Source: Octopus vulgaris
Lineage: Eukaryota
Assembly: GCA_951406725.2 (NCBI GenBank)
Contig: OX597838.1
Span: 21,514,001-21,578,000 of the forward strand
Direction: 5' to 3'
DNA: 64,000 nucleotides
Shown in pieces: positions 38,731-53,144 of the stretch; the stretch's first letter is position 1, and each line of letters opens with the position of its first letter. The translations under genes were made by a program, and so were the position numbers. A model generated the notes under the pieces. The model made no database searches. It was not told where the DNA came from and saw only the letters and a program-made list of their open reading frames with translations.

Positions 38731-39486
38731 GTATGTATACGATGGTCTTCTTCCAGTTTCTGTCGATCCGTGGATATAGTAGACATACTCGCAGAAAGTG
38801 CCACACAGTTTCCACGAAGAAGCCCAACTCGAAACCATGTTGTTGCGAAGAAAACTACTTACCACACAGCCACAAAGAATGTTTTTTTTTTAGGAGAAAA
38901 AAAGCCAATAGTTTATGATAATCCTTATCGAAAATCGAATTCAAAATCTCTCCACGGTAGCTGCATTCCATCAAAGAGTGCAACCAAATATGGTCGACTT
39001 CGTGAGTTGCTTTGAAGCTCTTCTTTGTTGTCGAGGTAAAAAAATTTGTCCAGAAACATTTGCATTGCAGAGTCATCGCCATTGTAGCTAACGATGAACA
39101 AAACGAAATATCTCATCTCGACTCGGCAAAATCTCCATGTTAAAACCTCCCCAACCCATCAGACTCACAATATAAGCAAATGTTTATAAACATACATAAT
39201 TGATATTTACTGTTCGTTGCAAAATTAATAAAATAAAAAAAATAAATAAATAAAATAACAACAAACTCGAATGAAAAAAACTCGATGCTATTTTTGTAGC
39301 AGAGTAATGAAAATTTTATTGAAGTCAATCTTGACAAACTTGTTTCACTGTATTACAGATATATATATATATAATATACATATGCATATATTATATACAT
39401 ACACATATATATGTACATACATATATATATTTAAACCTATATATATATACATACATATACATACATATATATACATACATATACAT

Positions 39487-39529
<43 letters not shown>

Positions 39530-39681
39530 CATACACATACATATACATACACACACATACGTATATATACATATATATGCATACACACGTATATACATAC
39601 ATATATATATACATATATATGCATGTATATATATATACATATATATGTGTGTATATATATGCATATATATATACACACACT

Positions 39682-39734
<53 letters not shown>

Positions 39735-40207
39735 ACACTGACATATATACATGTTGCCGTACACATTTGTACGAGAGATTCATTATTATAAAGACTTGGA
39801 TTGACTTCTCTTTTATCCTGAATGAGAACGTTTACGCTAAACCGGGAGTACTCTAAACCAGTACTCTTTTCTGTCTACTGTTTTAATACGGGATCACTTA
39901 AAGGAAGCGTACACACATTTGTACTCAATCGTACAGTGTGTGTGGATATGTGTGTGTGTTTGGAAACGCACTGCACCCATTCTTACATATACGTACTCAT
40001 ACACGCATCCCACACATATATATATAAATATATAAATACATGCATACATACATTCATACACACACACACACACACACACACCTACTTATCGGCATACATT
40101 CATACATGCGTGCATGCATATATACATACATACAAACACGCATGCATACATATATACGTACATACATACAAACATACATACATACATACATACATACATA
40201 CATACAT

Positions 40208-40277
<70 letters not shown>

Positions 40278-40738
40278 GAGGAACATGGCCTTGTGATTAG
40301 AGCAGCGGACTCAGTCGAAGGACCGCGGGTTCGAATCTCAGACCTGGCGATGTGTGTGATTTTTAGCGAAACACTTAAGTTCTACGCGGCTCTGGCAGAA
40401 GTTAATGCTGTATCTTTCGCCACAACTTCCTCTCACTCTTTCCTCCTGCATCTTGCAGCTCACCTGCGACGGAGCGTCGTTCCGTCCAGGTGGAGAACTT
40501 ATACGCCAAGGAAACCGGGAAATCGACCCTTTATGAGTCAGTCGTGGGCTCGAGAAGGAACAAACAAACAAAAATATATATATATATATGCGTGCAAATT
40601 TTACGTGTACATACGCAGATATATACGAATATGTATGTATATTCATACACACACAAGTGTAAACATATACACATACGTTTATGCATCCCATATACGTGCC
40701 TACACACACACACGCATACACACACACGCATACACACA

Positions 40739-40784
<46 letters not shown>

Positions 40785-41508
40785 CGCTCGTGCACGCACC
40801 CATACACACTACCTCAGTGATCCTAAGTCCAAGAATAACTTCCAATGGACTTACCATGAAAGACCGGGACATGATCTTTTAATACTATGACATGAAAGGA
40901 TTAAAACGTTTCGGATTAAAATCATCCACCACATAATCTTAATATATACACATAAATACATAGAAAGATAGAAAATAAAAAATAAAAAATAACCATGTTT
41001 CATTTTCTTTGCTTGTTTTTTTTTTTCCTTTTTGTTTTTGTCTCTGTTTTACATGAATTTGGAGAAAACTGTGATCTACGGATATGTTTGTTCCGGATTC
41101 CAGTCTGCATGGTTTTCATGCTCGTTTTTTTTTGTTGTTGTTCTAATTGTTGTTTTAGTTTCTGGTGTTGTTATTGTTTCTATTATTCATGTTTATTTAT
41201 CCACCACCCCCTGGTCAGGTTGGGTAAAAAAAAAAAAAGAAAAGATATACAACGTAGCCTCGTACCAAAAGCTTCCTACGATCCGTAATCCTCCCGATTT
41301 TTTTTTTCTTTTAACAGACGTAGTGTAACAGCAAGCATGGACAACCTTTATCGAAAAAACGGGCTACATGGGACACGGCTCAACATCTGGCGGGCCGTAC
41401 CCCGATAAAACTCAGGGAAACTTTTCGTTAGGCATGCCATTCAAAATGTCCCCACAGTCGTACATGGCTTGTGAAATATTGTCTATTTGTATATGTACAT
41501 GTGTATGC

Positions 41509-41560
<52 letters not shown>

Positions 41561-41670
41561 CACAGATAGTGTGTCTATAGCCAGCTGGAGGAGATATCTT
41601 CCTGGGGTTACAAACTACAGTAGCATCCACCCTTCTGGGTTAGCCATATTCAAATGGCAAATATGCGTCA

Positions 41671-41731
<61 letters not shown>

Positions 41732-42676
41732 CATATATATATATGGGTGTATAGTACTGTAAGATAACAGCGTAACACCGTTGGTAGGAGAGGTTTGGAA
41801 GGCAAAGGCGGAAAATGAAATACTGTAATTTCAGAAATTCAGAGAAGTTAAAAGAAAGTAAAAACAAATCAAATTAAAGGGAAAATTTTAAAAATTTCTG
41901 TTAATTCTTTCAATGTCTAACTTCTCGTATTTTATTCAGTTCCAGGCTTTCATCTGTTTCTTTACTTTCCAAATCTCTCTTACTTACGGCTTTGCCCCGT
42001 TGTCTTACTATACTAAACTATAACCGTGTTGCCTGAGATGCCTCAGCGCATTGTATATGTGTATGTGTGGCCAAAGTATGAAACTCTCGTTCATAAGGTC
42101 CTGGTTTCGATTGCCGAAACGGGCCAGACATTGTGTCCTTGAGGCAAGGCACTTCATTTCGTGTTTCTCCAGTCTGCTCAGCTACAAATGAGCACCGGCC
42201 GAGTACTGGTGCGGCCCTCTGCTCCTCCAGCTCTTACATCGTCAATCGTGGCCCATTGTGTTGGGCCACGGAGGAGGGGACTGAAACAATGTCTATATCT
42301 GGTTCTGGCTGCCAATGCAGAAGCACCTAAAACAACGACAGCATACTACATGCTACTCAATCATACTCGCTTGCAATTGACGGCTATCTCTCACACACAT
42401 ACGCGTACACACATGCATGTAAGTGTATATACAAACATATATATTTATGTATGTATATATATAATATATATATATATATATATGCATATGTATATACGCA
42501 TATATATATATGTATATATGTATATATATATGCATACATATATATGTATGCATATATATATATATATATGTATGTATGTATATATATATGTATGTGCGTA
42601 TGTATATATATATGTGTGTGTGTGCGTGTATGTATACATATATATGCATGTATATATATATATAGGTATGTAAATA

Positions 42677-42720
<44 letters not shown>

Positions 42721-42753
42721 TTATGTATGTATGTATGTATGTATGTATGTATG

Positions 42754-42799
<46 letters not shown>

Positions 42800-42897
42800 C
42801 GACAGGCTTCTTTCAGTTTCCGTCTAGCAAACTATTCATAAGGCTTTGGTCGGCCTGAGCTTATAGTAGAAGATACTTGTCCAAGGTGCCACGCTAC

Positions 42898-42949
<52 letters not shown>

Positions 42950-43736
42950 CTATGTGTGTGTGTGTGCCTGTGTATGTGTGTGTGTGCCTGTATGTATTTA
43001 TACCTTTTCTATGCGTCGAAAGTGTAAGAGTGTGATTTGAGGATGATTCGGTAGCTATTTCCAAAACAAGTCGATGGACCCAATCACCTCCTCCAGCCCC
43101 CTCCCCCCACATGCCACGAGAACCACCTCGTTGGACTGTGTCGGCTGACACACACAATGGCTATGAAGAGTTGCTTTCTTTTTTTTTCTTTTATTTCATT
43201 GGATAAAATAATTATTAATTTATTTCGGTACCGTCTATATATCGACAAAAAAGTTCTCGCAAAAAAAAAAAAACAAACGTAAAAAAAAAACAGTCTTTTC
43301 TTGTTTTTTCATTCAACTTAATTTTGTTTTCTTTTCTTTGTTTTTCGCTTTGTTTTAGCCATCTGCACCATTTTGATAGTAAATGATAAAATGGAGGGAA
43401 AAAAAATGATAAAGAATGAGTGCTGCCATCTGTTGGTAGTTTTTGTTTTTGTACATATAAAGAGTTGTCTCGCTTGATTTGGGATGAATGTTGGTGAATA
43501 AAATACTGAAGCAGATTATTTCAGCTCTCTTTACGCTTGTTAATGTTTCGATTCAGCTGTTTTATTCTTTTCTTTTCTTTTTGTTGTTGTTATTGTTGTT
43601 GCTGTCGTTTTAACCCCAGGTCAGCCCTGGTCGAGCAGAGCCATCATTAAATGTCAAGGCGTTCCAACCATAACCCCCTATCATGCCTCTTTGGAGCATT
43701 TTTTTTTTACTTCGGACAGGATTATCCAACATGTCC

Positions 43737-43787
<51 letters not shown>

Positions 43788-43908
43788 GTTATTATTATTA
43801 TTATTAGCAGTAGTAGTAGTAGTAGTAGTAGCAGTAGTAGTAGTTTTTCTTCTTCCTTCAATTCTGTTTTCGTTTCTTGCCGAGTGTCTTCTCGACACCG
43901 AGGGCAAA

Positions 43909-43974
<66 letters not shown>

Positions 43975-43993
43975 CATTATTATTATTATTATT

Positions 43994-44026
<33 letters not shown>

Positions 44027-44539
44027 ATGGCAAAATAGCAGGGTTTGGTTTGAGGGAGGTTTAGCTAGCTGCTATTCCTTTTTCGAGTTGGTCGAGCAGC
44101 CTCAAGGATCCTCCTTACTGTGTATACGAGTGCTGCCATCCTCTGGTTTAAAGAGGAAACAATAAACCAATTTTATTTATTTTATTTTTTTTGTTCCATT
44201 TTCGTTTCGAAATATAAAATCATTCGTTAAAAAGTCTTCGTTTTCTTTTTCTTTTCCACTTTTTCTTTTCAACGAGAATTAAATTAAGAAAATGGGACTC
44301 CGACATCTTGGGAGAAGACGCATATGTCTTTTTGAAAATTTGGATGGCGATTTTGCAGAGAGGGGAACGGAGGTCTATTCAACACAGATTACAATAATGA
44401 GTGTTATTTTCTAAGTAAATTAATTTAAACAAAGAAATTAACAACAATTAACAGAAACAAATAAACAAATAATACAAATAAAAAATGTAAATCAGTGTGA
44501 ATAGAGCTTTCCAGAATGTGTATACTTATCCGAATCTAG

Positions 44540-45610
44540 TCAGGAGATCCGTCCAGACATATTGACAGAGTTTGTCACTGAAGGCAATTTCGTGTCCTCT
44601 TTTCCGCAACAAACTTTCTTTACTTTTCCAATAAGAAACCTCACTTCGTTTCTGAAAGAATCGTTGAAAAATCCGTAGATGACTGGGTTAAGGGCATTAC
44701 TTAGAAAATACGAGCGTAATACTAGTTTTTTAATGCTGGATATGGTTGGATGGGTGCTTTTGGAAAATTTCTTGATGGACTCGATTATCCTCACTGACAA
44801 ACCCGGCATAAAGGACAAAATAAACAAAAGCGTTACTAGAAAAACCGTTAAGTTTGTTTTGCCCATTGCCCGGGATTTAGTCAGGCGTCGATTAGATTGA
44901 TTGGGGTCTTCGTGTGCCGTGTTCTCGCCGGGGATTTGACCGTGTGATCTTCGCCACACTTGACGCCATATCAGCGTATAGTTGGTCAGCATGAACACAA
45001 ACGACATGAGAATGATACCGAGAATGATGAAGTAATACAGTGATGGGTAAATGGTTGATTTCATGTTATCGGCCACCGAACAGTCCGAGCCGTTTATGCT
45101 GGGAACTGGCGTGGGTGTCGTGCGAATGCCGTAAATAACCACCGTCGGCCAGGTTAAAATAGCGGCTATGATTGTCATTAGAGCAGATATCTTCCGCGCC
45201 ATTTTGGGCGAAATTTGAACTTTGAGAGGATGACAGACTCGGCGATAGCGGTCGATGGAAATGACTAGAAGAATCAAACTAGAAGCACCATTCGTTAGGA
45301 AAGTGATAAATCGTAACATCTTGCAGAGAAGACCAGACGGAAACATATACGGATAACGGAGGTCGAGAAATTCTGTAGGCATTCCAATACTGCAGCACAA
45401 AAGATCGAATATGCCTAAAGTTATAATAAAACAGTTCGTTGTGGTTTTCCGCATTCGAAAGCAGAATATGTAACAAACGATAATATTTCCAATCGTACCA
45501 ATGAACATGAGAATTCCAATATAAATAACGGCCGGAATACCAACCAAAAATCTGTCGTCGTTTAATTCTTGAAGTGACATGTTAACGGGAACACTCGCCG
45601 CCATTTTCAT
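44540..45610 (-). CDS. Class A (rhodopsin-like) 7TM G protein-coupled receptor, peptide-receptor-like orphan; single coding exon
   Basis: 356-aa ORF with seven hydrophobic segments. Motifs: TM1 GTIGN, TM2 LGIFD, Cys at top of TM3 (LCK), SIDRYRRVCHP, ECL2 Cys (DCS), TM6 FILSFMP, TM7 SNALNPVIYGF, and a C-terminal CC possible palmitoylation site. Confidence 0.95.
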   Translation of the reverse strand: MKMAASVPVNMSLQELNDDRFLVGIPAVIYIGILMFIGTIGNIIVCYIFCFRMRKTTTNCFIITLGIFDLLCCSIGMPTEFLDLRYPYMFPSGLLCKMLRFITFLTNGASSLILLVISIDRYRRVCHPLKVQISPKMARKISALMTIIAAILTWPTVVIYGIRTTPTPVPSINGSDCSVADNMKSTIYPSLYYFIILGIILMSFVFMLTNYTLIWRQVWRRSHGQIPGENTAHEDPNQSNRRLTKSRAMGKTNLTVFLVTLLFILSFMPGLSVRIIESIKKFSKSTHPTISSIKKLVLRSYFLSNALNPVIYGFFNDSFRNEVRFLIGKVKKVCCGKEDTKLPSVTNSVNMSGRIS

Positions 45611-45767
45611 CTCGATTGACTGTTATCTTTTATATTACAATGTGTCCTTTATTTTGATTATTACTTTTTCGTTTCTTTCTCCTCTGCACACGTATTATGC
45701 AAGCGTATTTGTATATATAATATATATATATATATATGATATTTGTGTACGCTCGAGTCTTTTAATT

Positions 45768-45799
<32 letters not shown>

Positions 45800-45801
45800 T
45801 G

Positions 45802-45837
<36 letters not shown>

Positions 45838-46399
45838 TGTATGTATGTATGTATTTATATATATATATATACAGTCAAACTTCGGTTATTCGAACATCGG
45901 TTCTGTATCCGAATTTCGAATTATCCAAGGAATTCAAGGTTCGGAAATTACATTTCTTTTAGTTTCTTTTGGATACGAGAAGATCAATTATCCGATCGAT
46001 TATTTATCACTGCATTCAAGACCTGGCGCCCGTCTCCTTTGGATGATCAAAGTCTAGGCGTATATGCGTGCAAAAATATATGCACCAGCTGCTGCTGCTG
46101 ATGTTGAATGGGAAGAGGTGCAGGTGAAGGAGGAGGAGGAGGAGGAGGAGTATAGGTGTATAAACTAAACTGGGTCAACTTTCAGAGTCCAAAACACACT
46201 TTTCAATGAAGACAAAATTAGACCCCCAACTTTTGCAGCTGAATATGTACCAGCTGTGTACTGAGGGTGAAAAAAATTTCCAAATCAGTAACACTTCAGA
46301 TGACTATAACGTCCCTCCTCCAACAAGTCTTTAGAATTGACAGGTAAGACATTTTGAACATTGTCGTTGATGCAAACACTGTAGGTTATGACGAGACAA

Positions 46400-46459
<60 letters not shown>

Positions 46460-46778
46460 GGTGACGGCGCTGTTTTGCTGTGTTGTTGCTCCACTTGTGG
46501 TTATTGTTGCAATAGTTGTTGTTGCTGTTTCGGTGGTTGTTGACCACGTTCCTCCCGTTGTTGTTGTTGTTGTTGCTGCTGTTGCCCACTTCCGGGTGGT
46601 CAAGCTGCCGTTGGTGCTGGTAATTCCATCAGTGGTGTGGCGCTGCAATTCGTATCGTCGTTGCTGTAATTCACGATTCGTTTCGTTTCTCTTTTTTAAA
46701 ATTTTTATTTTCGTTCACTTTCAAACTTTCTAAGTTTTTAGAACTGTTCCTGAAATTGTCGTTATTCTTTCAGCTACT

Positions 46779-46876
<98 letters not shown>

Positions 46877-46999
46877 TGTTGTTGTTGGTCTTGCTATCTG
46901 CTTGGTCAATGAATTCAGTTCTGAAAAAATAAGATGAGAAAAATATATACCAAATGCCTGAATAAGTAAATAACTAGGATGTGCACACACACACATAAA

Positions 47000-47034
<35 letters not shown>

Positions 47035-47059
47035 ATATATATGATATATACATATATTC

Positions 47060-47124
<65 letters not shown>

Positions 47125-48263
47125 CATATTTGAATTAGAAATGCTGTAAAGACCATTGACCGCACGTGACCATCTTGTTAGCCGGTAGACTGGATTAGCA
47201 TAATGCATATATACATATATATACTATTTATACTATATATTCTATATTCTACATTAATATTATAAAGAATATAAATAAAACATAAAAAACAGACAGAGTT
47301 GGAATTCCTTTGAATAATATATATCCCTCTATACACAATCATACAAACCCCTTTATATATATACATATATGTGTATGTATGTATGTGTGTGTCACTTGAT
47401 GTCGAGAATTCTTAAGTATGTGAATTGAAAATTGTCCATTGTTCTTTTCTTCCATTTTTCTACTTTCCAGAAAAATCTGAAACACTAAGCAATAAGGCCC
47501 GACAACAAGCTTGTGTGCGAATCGGCGCCAACGAGGCGGACGGGCGTCGAAGAACTTGATGACCTCGGAACGACAATCAAGAAAGAAGGAAGGGAAACGG
47601 AAGATATATAGAATATATAGAATAGAATATATTCTATTATATATAGTTTACCTATAGAATAGAATATCCAAAGCCCTTGGAGCATTCTACAATCTAACAA
47701 AGGTATGGAGAAACAAAGCTTTAGGCTCCAAAACGAAGCGGAGCATACCTTCAGTCTTGCCAGCATTATTGTACGGATTTGAAAGCCTTACCGGTTAATA
47801 AATCAACTGTTTGGTAGATACGGTGGTTAGTGATATAACATCTAGAGTAACTACAAGAATGGCAGCTTCGACAAGAACTATAGAAAGAAGAACTATAAGG
47901 GAAGTGACAACAACAGCAAGAAGAGCAGCAACAGCAGCAACAACAACTCCTGTGTGTTTGATTTTGGCAGTGGTTTTCTGCTTTTGTAGCTTGTATTTTT
48001 TGTTTGTTTTTCAGATGAAGCGGAGGAGGGGGCGCAGAAAAGGCTGAATCCCAACGCTCTTTTACCCTCACTCAGTAGATTAAGTGGTAGTAGTCTTTTC
48101 ATTCTTCGCACGAAATAATGGAAGATACAATTGGCTCTTGATTAGATTTCAAGATTATATATAAGTGTGCATCAATGTATCTACAATACAAAAGTGTTTG
48201 TCGTATATATTTACAATATAGAATTGTGTATTGTACGTGTTTACAATATATACATATATATAA

Positions 48264-48368
<105 letters not shown>

Positions 48369-48666
48369 TATACATATATATATGTACATATATACATATA
48401 TATACATATATATATGTACATATATACATATATATACATATATATATATGTACATATATACATATATATACATATATATATGTACATATATACATATATA
48501 TATATATACATATATGTATATATAAACATATACATATATATATATACATAGATATATATACATATATGTATATATACGTATATATATACATATATATATA
48601 TATACATATATACATATATATACATATATACATATACATACATATATGTATATATATGTATATATA

Positions 48667-48721
<55 letters not shown>

Positions 48722-48894
48722 CATACATACATATATATGTATACATACGTACATACATATATATATATACATACATGCATATATATATATATACAAACAC
48801 AAATATATGCTTTTCATCCTTTCGAGGTCGATAAAATATGTACCAGTCAAACAATGGGGTCGATGTAATCAACTAGCCCCCTCCCCAGAAATTC

Positions 48895-49325
48895 CTGTCG
48901 TAATATCCCTCTTTATCCTGACATAAGACTATCTAGGACTACAATAGCTAATGTGCCATGTCTTATCTAACACGGTGCATTTAGGACAAGGTTGTGTATT
49001 TAAGACTACATTTATCCAGACATTGGGTACCTAAGACAACATGTTTTTATGTTCTATTTTGTCATAAGTGTAATTAGAACATTATCCACAGCATCCTTTC
49101 CTTTATGGAGGCATCGTGTATCTAGGATTACATTAGAAAAATGCATGTTTTCCATCTTGACAGTCTTTTTAGGACAATAATATCTAAAGGATCCTGCTTT
49201 TTTTTACACATATAATCATATCTAGGATTGCAATAATTGATGTGTCCCATCGTTTATACAGACACAAGTCTATCTAGAACTACAAAACCTAATAGGACTT
49301 GATGTTTATATAGCTTCCCTTTATC
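48895..49325. repeat. Degenerate ~45-bp tandem repeat
   Basis: Recurring [A/T]TCTAGGACTACA.TA..TAATGTG motif, about 9-10 units. Confidence 0.6.
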
Positions 49326-49329
49326 TTTA

Positions 49330-49593
49330 GGCGCAGGAGTGGCTGTGTGGTAAGTAGCTTGCTTACTTTTTCATCATTCATCTCATCAATGTTTTTGACC
49401 AGCCCGCAAGCTGCTCTGTGTTTTGCCACAAAGGCAAAATTTTGAAATAATGTAGCTTGCTTACCAACCAGATGGTTCCAGGTTCAGCCCCACTGCGTGA
49501 CACTTTGGGCAAGTGTCTTCTACTATAGCCTCGGGGCCAACCAAAGCCTTGTGAGTGGATCTGGTAGGCAGAAACTGAAAGAAGCCCGTCGTA

Positions 49594-49688
<95 letters not shown>

Positions 49689-49920
49689 TTGTGTGTATAT
49701 GTTTGTGTATGTGTTTGTCCCCGCTAACATCGCTTGACAACCGATGCTGGTGTGTTTACGTCCCCGGTACTTAGTGGTTCGGCAAAAGGAGACCGATAGA
49801 ACAAGTACTAGGCTTACAAGCAATAAGTCCTGGGGGTCGATTTGCTCGACTAAAGGCGGTGCTCCAGCATGGCCGCAGTCAAATGACTGAAACAAATAAA
49901 AGAAGAAAAGAAGAAAAGAA
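49330..49920 (+). mobile_element. SINE family A, interrupted by an 85-bp insertion
   Basis: GTAGCTTGCTTAC duplicated at 49354-49366 and 49452-49464 around the insert. Confidence 0.85.
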
Positions 49921-50364
49921 TCTCTCGTAAACCAAGAGTTCGATAAAGAGAAAAAAAAAACAGTTTAAATAATCATTTGACAGGGAAGGAGGTGATATGA
50001 CCGACCCCTTCCTTCCACACCCACGGTGCCCCGACATGGTGCCGCAGATCGGTGCTCCAATATGGCGGCAGTAAAATGACTAACTTCAAGAAAACAATAC
50101 AGTTATATATGACCCTTTATTTCCCAGTGAATATCCCAACCCGAAGACACCACCTTGAAAATACGCCCCCACATCAACACCCTGTACGAATGAAATACAC
50201 ATGCACACACACGCACGCACACACACACACACACACAGACACACCCACGTGCTCATATATCTATCTATATCTATATCTATCTATCTATCTATATATCTGT
50301 CTATCTATATATATACACATACATATATACATGCACATATATATATCTACATACATATATAGAC

Positions 50365-50398
<34 letters not shown>

Positions 50399-50549
50399 GT
50401 ATATATATATATACATATATATATATACATATTGGCATACATATATACATTTAAACATCTATACGTATATATACATATATATATACTTATATATACATAT
50501 ATACATGTATACATATATACATATATATACATATATACATATATATACA

Positions 50550-50581
<32 letters not shown>

Positions 50582-50807
50582 CATGCATATATATATATAT
50601 ACATATATATATAAGGGGCAATCACATGACAAAAAACCTGTCCCCTTTATTTTTTCCATTTACAAAAGGGACACATGGCTATTTTCCTCACATGTCGCTC
50701 ATATCCAGACTCCCAACAGACGGCGCTATTGTGCAACAAGACGTGTATGCGTTGTGTGTTTACGCGTATCACACGCACGGCTTGTGCGTGTGAGTGTGCT
50801 TGTTTCC

Positions 50808-50872
<65 letters not shown>

Positions 50873-51014
50873 CTAGCCTGTATGATTACTATGGTTGAAT
50901 TGGTGACTTCATGGCAATGCACACCAATACGAGGCCAAAGTGGATAAATAGGTGAATTGTTGGTGTTTTGCTTATGTAAAGGAGTGGAAAGGATATATAT
51001 GTATACATACATAC

Positions 51015-51071
<57 letters not shown>

Positions 51072-51124
51072 GAGAGAGAGAGGTCTTCAGTAGTTTTAAG
51101 CCGTTACACCTAAAAGCTATGATG

Positions 51125-51195
<71 letters not shown>

Positions 51196-51199
<4 letters not shown>

Positions 51200-51415
51200 T
51201 CCAAACAAGAAAACAAAGAAAAAAAGAGAAAAAAATGAGAAAAAAACACACCAACGCAGGACGTGGAACAATTAAAGTATTATTGACGCTCAGGAAAGAA
51301 GGGAAGGAGGGTTTAACGTTTCGAGCGGAGCTCTTCGTCGGAAACAAGGAGAAGGAAAGATCCCAAGGAGGGAAGACAGAGGAGAAAATATTTGAGCTGG
51401 TAGTGCTCAAGAGAT
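51196..51415 (-). mobile_element. Short (TA)n-embedded element with hammerhead-like motif (subfamily 2)
   Basis: Minus strand reads GTTT-CCGACGA-A-GAGC(TCC)GCTC-GAAA-CG-TT-AAAC (51311-51345); ends TTTGGATTAA then (TA)n. Confidence 0.65.
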
Positions 51416-51485
<70 letters not shown>

Positions 51486-51547
51486 TGTTCGTATGTTGTT
51501 GTAATTGACATAATATGACCAATATCTCTGTGTGTGTACACATGGAT

Positions 51548-51670
<123 letters not shown>

Positions 51671-51814
51671 TACCGGAGTAAGCACATAAATGTGAAACAA
51701 GGTGGAAAAAAAGAGTACTCAAAACCAGAGGTAGAGTAATATGCTTTATTTAAAAGCAGCAGAAATATTATATTTATATATTATTTTGTTATATTTCTGG
51801 TACTTTTAAATAAA

Positions 51815-51851
<37 letters not shown>

Positions 51852-52784
51852 TATATTTCTCACTCTTTTACTTGTTTCAGTCATTTGACTGTGGCCATGC
51901 TGGAGCACTGCCTTTAGTCGAGCAAATCGACCCCAGGACTTAATCGTTGTAAGCCTAGTACTTATTCTATCGGTCTCTTTTGCCCGGCGTCCAAACAATT
52001 TTGTCAGCTCGCTACCTTCTGTCAGGAATTACTAACACCGACAACATTTGGAATTGAGGGAAGCTCATAGAATTTCATTTCCAGTAACGAATTTTATTTC
52101 GAGTCAAAAAGCTCCAATTTTATGATACAAGGCATTTTTCATGATATTTTTACATCAGATTCCACAGCATATTTTGAAATATTAGATCTGGAATATGGCA
52201 AACTTGTTCTCTTGTGTGTGTTTTGGTGCAGATGATTCTGTTACAAACCTTGAGGTCCAATTGCCAGTTGGAAGATGACTTCTTCCTCTCCGATCTTGAC
52301 AATTCCGAAAAAGGTAAAGGAACATGTGAGATTCCTTTTTCCTCTCAGGTTAAATTGTTAAAACAGAAGCATAAAATAGCTTCCATTCCTATCTGCCTTC
52401 TTCAAAATGCTTACTTTCACTTTAAACAAATTTTAATTTCACATTTTATACCAAGTCAAAATGGCGAAATTACTACATTTTTTTCTAATGATGTATGGGA
52501 CTTCGTCATTGTTTTATTTAAGAGGTACAACAGTAACCTTGCCCTTTACAGCACCCGCCCCAGCATTCATAACTAAATCACTGCGTTTTGGGAGAAATTG
52601 ATGAGTCGATTAAGTCGACTCCAATGTCTGTGAAGGACGTATTTTTTGGATGTGCGGAGGGATGGAATATGGAATCGACATTGGCAGGAATTGAACGCAT
52701 ATGATAAAAGTACGAGGCTACATACCACAAAAGCCTTTGTCTTCAGCTCTACCGATTCAAACGCTCGACACCCTCTGTAATGAC

Positions 52785-52871
<87 letters not shown>

Positions 52872-52875
52872 AATA

Positions 52876-52906
<31 letters not shown>

Positions 52907-52978
52907 CAACAACAACAACAATAAAAATGGTTTCAAATTTTGGCACAAGTACACATAATAATAATAATAGTAATAATA

Positions 52979-53069
<91 letters not shown>

Positions 53070-53144
53070 CATCCACTTGTACAACACTAAGTACAAAACC
53101 AAATATATGGCACCCTAGGCATAACACCAACATGAATTTCCAAC

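Noticed and set aside
39822-40820. 332-aa ORF
   Set aside because: A concatenation of microsatellites and a SINE read-through.
45628-45635. TATAAAAG on the minus strand upstream of the GPCR
   Set aside because: Only ~18 bp from the ATG, too close for a TATA box with any leader, and common in AT-rich DNA.
52214-52576. 120-aa ORF in non-repetitive sequence
   Set aside because: Non-ATG start and no recognisable motif; may be a decayed transposon but cannot be supported.
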